Part shown: positions 1-7,487 of the stretch, one piece after another
Layout: every line of letters begins with the position of its first letter
How positions within the stretch are numbered: the first letter of the stretch is position 1
DNA from: an uncultured Alphaproteobacteria bacterium
Lineage (GTDB): Bacteria > Pseudomonadota > Alphaproteobacteria > ATCC43930 > CGMCC-115725
Length of the DNA stretch: 24,000 bases
NCBI GenBank assembly: GCA_963774345.1
Contig: CAVZFB010000035.1
Location: forward strand, 33,915 to 57,914
Direction: 5' to 3'
Made by a program: the position numbers and the translations under genes
Notes under the pieces: generated by a model
Told to the model about the DNA's origin: nothing
The model's database searches: none
Seen by the model: the letters and a program-made list of their open reading frames with translations, nothing else

Positions 1-530
1 GGGCGGTAAGCGAATACGGCCGCCTCGACGTCGCCTTCAACAATGCCGGCACGATCGCGCTGAACCCGGTCGCGGACGAAACCGAGGAGAATTTCCGCTC
101 AATTGTCGACACCAACGTCAAAGGCGTCTTCGCCTGCCTAAAGTACGAGATCCGGGAGATGCTGAAGACCGGCGGCGGCGCGATCGTCAACACGTCGTCG
201 CTGGCGGGGCTGGTGGGATCTCGCGACCGCAGCCTCTATGCCGCCAGCAAGCACGCGGTGATCGGCCTGACCAAATCAACCGCGCTGGAGGTCGCCGCCC
301 ACGGTATCCGGGTCAACGCCGTCTGTCCGGCGGCGATCGAAGGGGCGATGGACGCGTTGTTCATGGACTACTTCCATCTGACACGGGAACAACTCGCCGC
401 TGCCGTGCCGCTGGGCCGCGCCGGCGCCCCGGATGATGTGGCGGGCGCGGTATTGTTCCTGTGCTCAGCCGACGCCTCGTTCATTACCGGCGCGACGCTG
501 GCGATCGACGGCGGCATGACGGCGCAATGA
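1..530 (+). CDS. SDR-family oxidoreductase (short-chain dehydrogenase/reductase), N-terminus outside window
   Basis: Frame 3 is open from the window edge (..EYGRLDVAFNNAG..). It carries the NNAG motif, the catalytic Ser...YxxxK (SSLAG...SLYAASKHAV) and a classical SDR C-terminus (FITGATLAIDGGMTAQ). Stop at 528-530. Confidence 0.9.
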   Translation, partial: AVSEYGRLDVAFNNAGTIALNPVADETEENFRSIVDTNVKGVFACLKYEIREMLKTGGGAIVNTSSLAGLVGSRDRSLYAASKHAVIGLTKSTALEVAAHGIRVNAVCPAAIEGAMDALFMDYFHLTREQLAAAVPLGRAGAPDDVAGAVLFLCSADASFITGATLAIDGGMTAQ

Positions 531-540
531 AGAGCCGCGC

Positions 541-1593
541 TCAGCCGCGGTGCTGGCGCTCGACCTGCATGTTGGCGAGAAACGGCACCAGCGGGTGGCC
601 GCCCATCGCAACGATCGCGCGCGTGTCTAATGCGACCAGCGCCTCGCGCTGCGGCGGGGGCAGGCGAAAGCGGTCGGCGTAGGCGCCGGGATCGGCGAGA
701 AAGGCGGCGCGGCTTGCCTCGTCATGGGCGAGGCCTTGGAGCGCCACGGTCAGCTCGACGAGGTCGGGCCTGATCGACGGGTAGTGGGGATCAGGCGGTG
801 GCTCCGGCGGGCTGAACCAGCCGAGCGAGGCGTAATTGTGGTGCCAGCTCGGCTCCAGCGAGACGATGTCGGGTTTGCGCTCGCCAAGCGCGCCGGCGGC
901 GCAGGCCCAGCAGCGCAGTTCGACATTGCCCGAGGCGTCGAGCTCGGCCGCGTCATAGCCGATCAATGATTTGAGGTGGCCGGCGGCGAGCCGGTCGAGC
1001 GCCCGCTGATCCCAGGCGAGATCGGGCTCGGCATAGCGCTCGGTGCCCGGGTAATGCGACATGCCGCCGCTCGCCAGCACCGCCGTCTTCAACCCCATCG
1101 CCGTAACGATCCGCGCCAGGGCCTGGCCAAAGGCATAGCAGCGCTCCATCGTCGGCTGCGGCGGCAGATAGGCGTTGACGTAGATCGGCAGGACCGGGTC
1201 GCTGACATCGAGATGGGTCAGCGGGATGCCGAGCGCGTAGTCGATCTTGGCGACGCTGGTAAAAGCCGGGTCGAACCCCTCGGCGTACATCCGGCGCACG
1301 ATCTCGAAGCCGATCTCGCCCGGCACCCGCCAATCAAACTGGTGGCCGGCGAAGGAGCCCTTGGCTTCGCCGCCGACATGGATCGTGAACGGCGGGGCCG
1401 CGGTATGAAAGAACTGCTCGGCATGGTCGTTGGCAAAGATGACCCACAGATCGGGACGCAGCGCCCGGAACCGAGCACCGATCTCGGCGGCCGCCTGTTT
1501 GACGCGGGCGACCGTGCCTCGGTCCTCGGTTTCCGGCATCGTAAAGAATTGCGGGGCATGGGGCAGCATCGCCCCGCCAATCACGCTTGACAT
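541..1593 (-). CDS. Class III extradiol ring-cleavage dioxygenase, LigB-type catalytic domain fused to a LigA-like C-terminal domain
   Basis: The N-terminus MSSVIGGAMLPHAPQFF, then FANDHAEQFF, GGMSHYPG and NVELRCW resemble the LigB-family metal and catalytic motifs. The C-terminal ~80 aa (LAHDEASRAAFLADPGAYADRFRLPPPQREALVALDTRAIVAMGGHPLVPFLANM) aligns by eye with the protocatechuate 4,5-dioxygenase alpha (LigA) fold region. I prefer the ATG at 1593 over the TTG at 1629. Confidence 0.85.
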   Translation of the reverse strand: MSSVIGGAMLPHAPQFFTMPETEDRGTVARVKQAAAEIGARFRALRPDLWVIFANDHAEQFFHTAAPPFTIHVGGEAKGSFAGHQFDWRVPGEIGFEIVRRMYAEGFDPAFTSVAKIDYALGIPLTHLDVSDPVLPIYVNAYLPPQPTMERCYAFGQALARIVTAMGLKTAVLASGGMSHYPGTERYAEPDLAWDQRALDRLAAGHLKSLIGYDAAELDASGNVELRCWACAAGALGERKPDIVSLEPSWHHNYASLGWFSPPEPPPDPHYPSIRPDLVELTVALQGLAHDEASRAAFLADPGAYADRFRLPPPQREALVALDTRAIVAMGGHPLVPFLANMQVERQHRG

Positions 1594-1663
1594 CGCAACT
1601 CTTTCACCGGATCGATCGTCGATCGACAATATCGTGGCTCATGCCAGGCTCGCGAGCGCCAAA

Positions 1664-2989
1664 ATGTTGCCCGAGGAAACGCCCCAAATGCCGCCAGCCG
1701 CCGACGATCCGCAGAGCGATCGGGTCAGCGCCGACCTCCCCGCAGGCCCATCCGCAGATGCAGCCCCGGATGCGCCGCCGAGCGTCGCAAGCGAGCCCGA
1801 GGGGAGAAGCGAAGCCTCGCCCGGTGAACAGCTGCGCCGTCGCCGGCGACGTCGGCGACGACGCCCGCCCAGTGAGGCAAACCCTGCGACGGGCGGAGAC
1901 CCTGCGGTGATATCGGCCGATGAAGCGCCGTCAGGCGCGAATGCCACCGTCGTCGATCTGGGAGGCGGCGACGGCAGCGGCGAGGCAGGCTCGACGCCGG
2001 GTACGGCAGCATATACGGCCGGCGATCGCCTGCCCCGCCGGCGGCGGCGTCGGCACCGTCCGCTGCCCCATGGTTTGGGATCCGCGCTGCCGCCGGCCGA
2101 TCGCGATGCGGCGACACAGAACGCAACAGGTGACGGCTCTCAGCCGGAGAGGACGGCTAACGAGGAAGCTGGCGCAGCCGCGGCCACGCCCTACGGCGCG
2201 GGTGGTACGACAGGTTATCTCCGGCTGCCGGTGCGACGCCGGCGTCGGCTTCCGCGACCGCCGGGCCTGCAACGCGGAACGGCGGAGGTGGCGCCACCAA
2301 ACGGGGATACGCCCGCGGGCGACACCGCGACTGACGCGCCGCGTGCGGAAGGCGAGTTCCCGCCCCGCCGGCGCCGGCGACGCCCACCCCCGCGTGTCGG
2401 CGAAGCTGTGCCGGCCGGCCAAGACCAATCAGCCGACGGCGCGCGGCGGGATACCCCTCGACCGCCGTACGGCCGGGAACCCCACCGCCGCCCTGGCGAG
2501 GAAGGGTCACGCGACGGTCAACCCCAGCGATTTGGGGAGACGCCCTATCGCGAGCGCGGCCGTGGACCGCGTGATGGGGACAGCAGCGGCCCACGCGGCC
2601 GCGAACGCGGCGACCGCAACGACCGCGGCAGGGGCCCGGGCGGCCCGAGAGATGGGCAGCGCGGGCGGGGACGCGACGCGCCGGCAAGGCGCGTCGAGCA
2701 GAAGCTCTATACGTTAGAATCGATGGTCGATCGCGGTTTCGAGGATGTCTCCGACGAGGCCGAGGATAGCGGGACCCGGCGGGTTCACTGGACGATCATC
2801 AAGCGATCGATCGCCGACCAGAGGAGCGGCAAGGCGATGTCGACCACATATGTCTTGCAGCGTGAAAACGCCGAGACCGAGTTTCCCAATCTCGGGGCCG
2901 CCCGCGCTGCCGCCAACAAGACCATCGTCCACCCGGAAAAGCTGACGATGTCAAAGGCAGAACACGTCGCCGCCAAAAACAGCAAGTGA
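1664..2989 (+). CDS. Hypothetical Arg-block low-complexity protein: acidic/neutral spacers alternating with four poly-Arg tracts, an RG/RD-rich segment and a ~100-aa Lys-containing C-terminal domain
   Basis: Long ORF in frame 2. The track start (TTG 1430) overlaps the divergent dioxygenase, so I prefer ATG 1664 (GTG 1634 or ATG 1688 are possible). Between 1664 and ~2690 the translation has no Cys, Trp or Lys, unlike the off-frame translations of the same DNA, which are full of C/W/R. The C-terminal part (VEQKLYTLESMVDRGFEDV...HWTIIKRSIADQRSGKAMSTTYVLQRENAETEFPNLGAARAAANKTIVHPEKLTMSKAEHVAAKNSK) looks like an ordinary folded domain. I do not recognise a family for it. Confidence 0.6.
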   Translation: MLPEETPQMPPAADDPQSDRVSADLPAGPSADAAPDAPPSVASEPEGRSEASPGEQLRRRRRRRRRRPPSEANPATGGDPAVISADEAPSGANATVVDLGGGDGSGEAGSTPGTAAYTAGDRLPRRRRRRHRPLPHGLGSALPPADRDAATQNATGDGSQPERTANEEAGAAAATPYGAGGTTGYLRLPVRRRRRLPRPPGLQRGTAEVAPPNGDTPAGDTATDAPRAEGEFPPRRRRRRPPPRVGEAVPAGQDQSADGARRDTPRPPYGREPHRRPGEEGSRDGQPQRFGETPYRERGRGPRDGDSSGPRGRERGDRNDRGRGPGGPRDGQRGRGRDAPARRVEQKLYTLESMVDRGFEDVSDEAEDSGTRRVHWTIIKRSIADQRSGKAMSTTYVLQRENAETEFPNLGAARAAANKTIVHPEKLTMSKAEHVAAKNSK

Positions 2990-3026
2990 GCTGAGCACCC
3001 CCGCGGCGGCCCAGCTGTCGGCGGCG

Positions 3027-3428
3027 CTATTCGGCGGCGCTGCGCTCCCGCATTTTCTGGTACCGCCCCTGCGGCACGATTTCGGCGACGGTGCCGTCGG
3101 GCGAGCGGTATTTGATCGGGATCTCGCCGGGCTTGGACAGGATCGTCCCGCCATTGGCGACAACCTTCTCGGCGAAGCCCTCGTGGTCCTCGACTTCGAT
3201 GCCGAAATGGTGGATCGCCGGGCCAGGGCCGACCATCTTGGCCTCGGCGTCGTCCTCGCTGTCATAGACCATCAATGCCAGATCGATATAGCCGTCGGTC
3301 ATGTGCCGCGAGATGTGCCCGCGCGACCGGCCCGTCCCGACCTGGCGGAAGCCATATACATTCTCATAGAACCGGGTCGCTTTTTCGAGGTCGGTCACCT
3401 TCAGCGCGACGTGGTTGATCCGTGCCAT
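3027..3428 (-). CDS. VOC-family (glyoxalase/bleomycin-resistance/dioxygenase fold) protein
   Basis: MARINHVALKVTDLEKATRFYENVYGF...HHFGIEVED is a typical VOC beta-alpha-beta-beta-beta module. ATG 3428 is preceded by AGGAGA (reverse complement of 3433-3440). It starts 10 nt after the stop of the upstream SBP gene. Confidence 0.88.
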   Translation of the reverse strand: MARINHVALKVTDLEKATRFYENVYGFRQVGTGRSRGHISRHMTDGYIDLALMVYDSEDDAEAKMVGPGPAIHHFGIEVEDHEGFAEKVVANGGTILSKPGEIPIKYRSPDGTVAEIVPQGRYQKMRERSAAE

Positions 3429-3438
3429 TACCTTTCTC

Positions 3439-4701
3439 CTATTCGCTGCCGCCGTCGTAGGGCGCCACAACCGTCCCGGTCCGGTATTGTGAGGGCTCGA
3501 GGATCACCTCGGTTTTGGTATCCTTGAACTGGTCGAGGCTGTTGCTTTTGATGTTCTGCCACTGCACTTCGAGCACCCGGGACTTCGACCATTCACCGTC
3601 CTTGCCGAAGGTGATGTCGCCGACGATGGTCTTGAACGGATGACTGCGGATGTAGTCGGCGACCTTGTCTTGGTCGACGCTGTTGGCGCCGGTGATCGCG
3701 TCACCCAGCACCTGCAGATCGGCATAAGCGAACGGCGGCAGATACCACCCCACCGGATCAACCCCGGCCTTACCGGCTTTCGACTGGTATTCCTTCAGGA
3801 AATCGAGGATCCCGGGGAACTGCATCGTCTGCGCCGGGATCCAGAAATCGTAATCGATAATGTTGTTGAGCTTGGGTCCGAACTGCTTTTTGATCGGTGT
3901 AAATTGCAGTCCGACCATGCCGCCGCCGAAGAAACGGGTCTTGAGCCCCAATTCGGTCGCGGCGCGCAGCATCCCGACCGAGCCCGGCGGGTAGGAAGCG
4001 ACATACACCATGTCAGGGTTGGTGGCCTGAATGGCATGGACGATCGGGGTGAAATCGGGCGTGCCTGGCGGATAGGTCTTGTCGTAAACGAGCTGGAGCC
4101 CGTTTTGCTTGACGATGTCACGAATGCCCTCCGAGGCGTGTCTCGGGAACTCGGAATCCTCGGCGAGCAGAGCTAGGGTCTTCGGTTTCGGGTTGGCTGC
4201 CAGCGCAACATCGAAGAACGGCTGGGCGTTGGCATGCTTAGGGTCGGGCCCCATCGGGAGCATCGAGAAATATTTCGGATAGTGGAACTCGCTGTTGACC
4301 GCGAGCCCGAACAGGCCGAGGAACACCTTGTCATGCGCAATCGCGATCGGCATCGCTGGCGCGATCTGGTTGGTGCCGTAGCCCGAAATGATGAAGTCGA
4401 CTTTGTCGACGTCGAGCATCTTGGTGTAGATGCCCGGCACCGTTGCCGGGTTTGACTGGTCGTCGTAGTAGATCAGCTTGACCGGCCGGCCCAGCAGGCC
4501 GCCCTTGGCGTTGATCTGGTCCTGCCAGATCTGCATCGCCAGCAAGGCCGATTTGCCGCCACCGGCGAGCCCTCCGGTCAGCGCCATGCCGAGGCCGATC
4601 GTGATCGGCTCCGCCGCCTGTATTGCACCCGATACCAGCACGCACGCAGCCAACCCCGCAGCTGCGCCGCCGATCACATGACGAATCTTCTGCCGAAACA
4701 T
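3439..4701 (-). CDS. Periplasmic ABC-transporter substrate-binding protein, LivK / branched-chain-amino-acid-binding type (Peripla_BP_6-like)
   Basis: Signal peptide MFRQKIRHVIGGAAAGLAACVLVSGAIQA, followed by ITIGLGMALTGGLAGGGKSALLAMQIWQDQINAKGGLLGRPVKLIYYDDQSNP, which is typical of the family. ATG 4701 has a GGGAGGGAAG Shine-Dalgarno. The longer track start (4764) would overlap the upstream MBL gene. Confidence 0.9.
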   Translation of the reverse strand: MFRQKIRHVIGGAAAGLAACVLVSGAIQAAEPITIGLGMALTGGLAGGGKSALLAMQIWQDQINAKGGLLGRPVKLIYYDDQSNPATVPGIYTKMLDVDKVDFIISGYGTNQIAPAMPIAIAHDKVFLGLFGLAVNSEFHYPKYFSMLPMGPDPKHANAQPFFDVALAANPKPKTLALLAEDSEFPRHASEGIRDIVKQNGLQLVYDKTYPPGTPDFTPIVHAIQATNPDMVYVASYPPGSVGMLRAATELGLKTRFFGGGMVGLQFTPIKKQFGPKLNNIIDYDFWIPAQTMQFPGILDFLKEYQSKAGKAGVDPVGWYLPPFAYADLQVLGDAITGANSVDQDKVADYIRSHPFKTIVGDITFGKDGEWSKSRVLEVQWQNIKSNSLDQFKDTKTEVILEPSQYRTGTVVAPYDGGSE

Positions 4702-4732
4702 CTGCTTCCCTCCCCGTTTGCCTGTTCCGCGC

Positions 4733-5773
4733 TTAGCCGCTCGCGCCGACAAAGCGATAGACACCGTCGGAACCGAGCACGCGGTCGAGCGCGCCCTGCG
4801 CCATCAAATAATGCAGGTGGGCGAGAGCCTCGCCAAGCGCAAACGCCGTCTGGTGCTGATCGAGCGGACGACGGAACAACAGCGGCAGCAGATCCACCGC
4901 GCTCTGCGGGGCGACGCACGCGCTCAGGATCTCCTTGCACCGCGCCTGGTGGTGCGCGGCGAGCGCGTCGATGCGCGCATGCAGACCGAAAAAAGGCAAA
5001 TTATGCGACGGCAATACCAGGACTTCGGGCGGAACCGCGGCCCGTAACTTGGCGAGCGAGGCGAGATAGCGCGCCAGCGGGTCGCCGTCAGGTTCGTGCG
5101 CCTGGACCGAGACGTTTGGCGAGATCTTGGGCAATACCTGGTCACCCGAGATCAACACGCCCGCTTCGGCGCAATAGAGACAGGCCAGTTCGGGGGCGTG
5201 GCCCTCGCCGACGATAACCCGCCATTCCCGCCCGCCGATCGCCACACTCATCCCATCGGCGAGCCGTTCGAACGAGGGCGGCACCGAGGGCACGCCGCGA
5301 CGATACCCCTTTCCATGCTCGCCGAAGAGCTCGCTCGACGCGACGTCGAGCCCGGCGCGGCGGGCAAATTCGCGGCGCGAGGGCGCGAAGTCGTCGCTCT
5401 CGCGGCTCATCACCCGGGCATGAAGCCACTCTTTTTCGGTGGTCCACAATCGCACCCGCCAGCGCTCGCACAGCCAGCCGGCGAGCCCGATATGGTCGGG
5501 ATGGTAATGGGTGACGATGACCCTGGTGACTGGCCGCCCACCCAACTGCTCGGCAAAGATTCGCTCCCATAACGCCCTGCTCTCGGGCATCGCATAGCCG
5601 GTATCGACGATCGTCCAGCCGTCGCCGTCCGCGACCAGCCACAGGTTGATGTGATCGAGCGCAAAGGGCAGCGGCATCCGCAACCACAGCACTCCGGGCG
5701 CGATCGCCACGGTCTCGCTCGGCATGGGCGGGTTGGCAACCGGAAAGCGCAGCGGGGCGAAACTTCCATCCAT
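4733..5773 (-). CDS. MBL-fold metallo-hydrolase
   Basis: HxHxDH motif (VTHYHPDHIGLAGW), further His/Asp ligand positions (GEGHAPE, SGDQVLP, LPSHN) and about 346 aa. ATG at 5773. Confidence 0.9.
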   Translation of the reverse strand: MDGSFAPLRFPVANPPMPSETVAIAPGVLWLRMPLPFALDHINLWLVADGDGWTIVDTGYAMPESRALWERIFAEQLGGRPVTRVIVTHYHPDHIGLAGWLCERWRVRLWTTEKEWLHARVMSRESDDFAPSRREFARRAGLDVASSELFGEHGKGYRRGVPSVPPSFERLADGMSVAIGGREWRVIVGEGHAPELACLYCAEAGVLISGDQVLPKISPNVSVQAHEPDGDPLARYLASLAKLRAAVPPEVLVLPSHNLPFFGLHARIDALAAHHQARCKEILSACVAPQSAVDLLPLLFRRPLDQHQTAFALGEALAHLHYLMAQGALDRVLGSDGVYRFVGASG

Positions 5774-5905
5774 GATCGGTTTTATTCCCGGGTCGCGAAT
5801 TGACGCCTAGGGTAAGACCGTGCATTAGTCCTGGGCAAGCGGCGAGCCCGCCGGTCAGCATTGCTGCGCCGGCGGGCGCTTTGCACTTCGGGCGAGGATG
5901 GGGCG

Positions 5906-7487
5906 ATGCGCGACTTCAATATTCCCGGACGCTCGGCGGCAATGGCGGCGAACGGGATGGCGGCGACCTCGGCCCCGATGGCGACATTGACGGCACTCGA
6001 CGTGCTGCGGTCGGGCGGCAACGCCGCCGACGCCGCGATTGCCGCAGTCGCCATGCAATGCGTCGTCGAGCCGCAAAGCACCGGGATCGGCGGCGATTGT
6101 TTTGTTCTCTATTCGCGCGGTGGCGCGCTTCCGGTCGCACTCAACGGCTCGGGACGGGCGCCGGCCAAAGCCAAGGTCGAATGGTATGTCGAGCACGGCA
6201 TTCACGAAATCGCAGGTTCCCACACCGCATGCCGTAACCATCCCCGGCGCCGTCGACGCCTGGTGCATGTTCAACCGCGAGTACGGTACGCGACCGCTCG
6301 CCGAATTGCTCGAGCCGGCGGCGCGGGCGGCCGAAGCGGGTTACGTCGTGAACCCCCGCGTCGCCGCCGATTGGCGGCGCAACCAGGCGAAATTGCGCGA
6401 TCCGGTGACCGCCGCATTGTTCCTGCCTGGCGGCAAGCCGCCCCAGGCCGGGGACCGGATGGCGAACCCGCCGCTCGCCGCCACCTTGCGCCGGATCGGC
6501 CGCGAGGGTCGGGAGGCCTTTTACGACGGCGCCGTTATGCGGGACATCGTCACTCGCCTGAAATCGCTCGGCGGATTGCACGAGGAGGAGGATTTCGCGG
6601 CGCAGCACTCAAACTGGGTCGAGCCGATCACTGCCCCCTATCGCGGCTATGATGTCTATGAGTGCCCACCGAATGGGCAGGGCATGGCGGCGCTGATGAT
6701 CCTGCGCACGCTCGAAGGCTATGCACTTGGCGGCGACGGATTCAGCGAGGCTGACCGCCTGCATCTGCTCGCCGAGGCGAACAAGGCGGCCTATTGGGTG
6801 CGCGACAATTTCATCGGCGATCCCGATCATGTCTCGGTCGACGTGGCGGAATATCTGTCGGAGGCCAGGGCGGAGAAGACGCGCCGCACGATCCGGCTCG
6901 ATCGTGCATTGCCGGGGCCGCATTGGGCCGAGATCGAGCAGAAGGACACGGTCTATCTCTGCGTCGTCGACCGCGACGGCAATGCCTGCTCGTTTATCAA
7001 CTCGCTATTCTCGGGTTTCGGCAGCGGGATCGTGGCGCCCGAAAGCGGCGTGTTGCTGCACAACCGCGGCACCGGGTTCCGCACCATCCCCGGCCATCCC
7101 AATGCGATCGCGCCGCGCAAGCGCCCTTTGCACACGATCATTCCCGGAATGCTGGTCAAGGACGGCCGCGCGGTGATGCCGTTTGGCGTGATGGGCGGGC
7201 ACTACCAGTCGGTCGGCCATGCGCATTTCCTGCACCGCATGCTCGACCGCGGCCTGGACCCGCAGCAAGCCGCCGAGCAGCCGCGCATCCTCGCACTTAA
7301 CGGCGTCTTACAGGTCGAGCAGGCGGTTCCCGAGCCGATCGTGGCCGACCTTGCGCGCCGCGGCCACAAAATCGCGGTACAGGAGGTGCCACTCGGGGGT
7401 TGCCAGGCGATCTGGATCGACCATCAGCGCGGCGTCCTGATCGGCGGGTCGGAGCCTCGCAAGGACGGCCTCGCGCTCGGCTATTGA
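5906..7487 (+). pseudogene. ggt: Gamma-glutamyltransferase family gene with an apparent single-nucleotide frame disruption near 6213-6217
   Basis: The N-terminal fifth is in frame 2 (MRDFNIPGRSAAMAANGMAATS...STGIGGDCFVLY...VEWYVEHGIHEIA). The rest is in frame 3 (VPTPHAVTIPGAVDAW...EQKDTVYLCVVDRDGNACSFINSLFSGFGSG...HTIIPGM...[14 protein letters not shown]). After the junction, frame 2 runs into Arg-rich nonsense and stops at 6652. Removing one nt in gcaggtt restores a continuous GGT-like sequence. Confidence 0.8.

Noticed and set aside
1430-1663. Upstream extension of the Arg-block ORF to the TTG at 1430.
   Set aside because: It would overlap about 160 nt of the divergent dioxygenase coding region, and it translates to non-descript sequence. 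ATG 1664 lies in the short intergenic gap.
1920-2717. Alternative-frame ORFs overlapping the Arg-block gene: 1920-2717 (+), 1587-1910 (+), 1931-2428 (-), 2157-2687 (-) and 1725-2126 (-).
   Set aside because: Their translations are rich in Cys, Trp and Arg with no domain-like segments. Only frame 2 is free of Cys/Trp and runs contiguously into the well-formed C-terminal domain. I therefore treat them as GC-driven open frames, but the region's multiple open frames are why confidence in the 1664-2989 call is only moderate.
6195-6235. Programmed ribosomal frameshifting as the explanation for the ggt break, and likewise the ureF break at 12483.
   Set aside because: There is no X_XXY_YYZ slippery heptamer, no prfB-like CUU_UGA context with an upstream Shine-Dalgarno, and no obvious downstream pseudoknot or hairpin at either site. 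A mutation or sequencing indel is more parsimonious.
7400-7483. Longer UreD start at TTG 7400, with an AGGAGG 13 nt upstream.
   Set aside because: Not fully excluded. It would add 28 low-complexity Arg/Pro-rich residues and overlap ggt by 88 nt. The AGGAGG lies inside conserved ggt codons (QEVPLGG), and the UreD-like sequence begins only around 7484.
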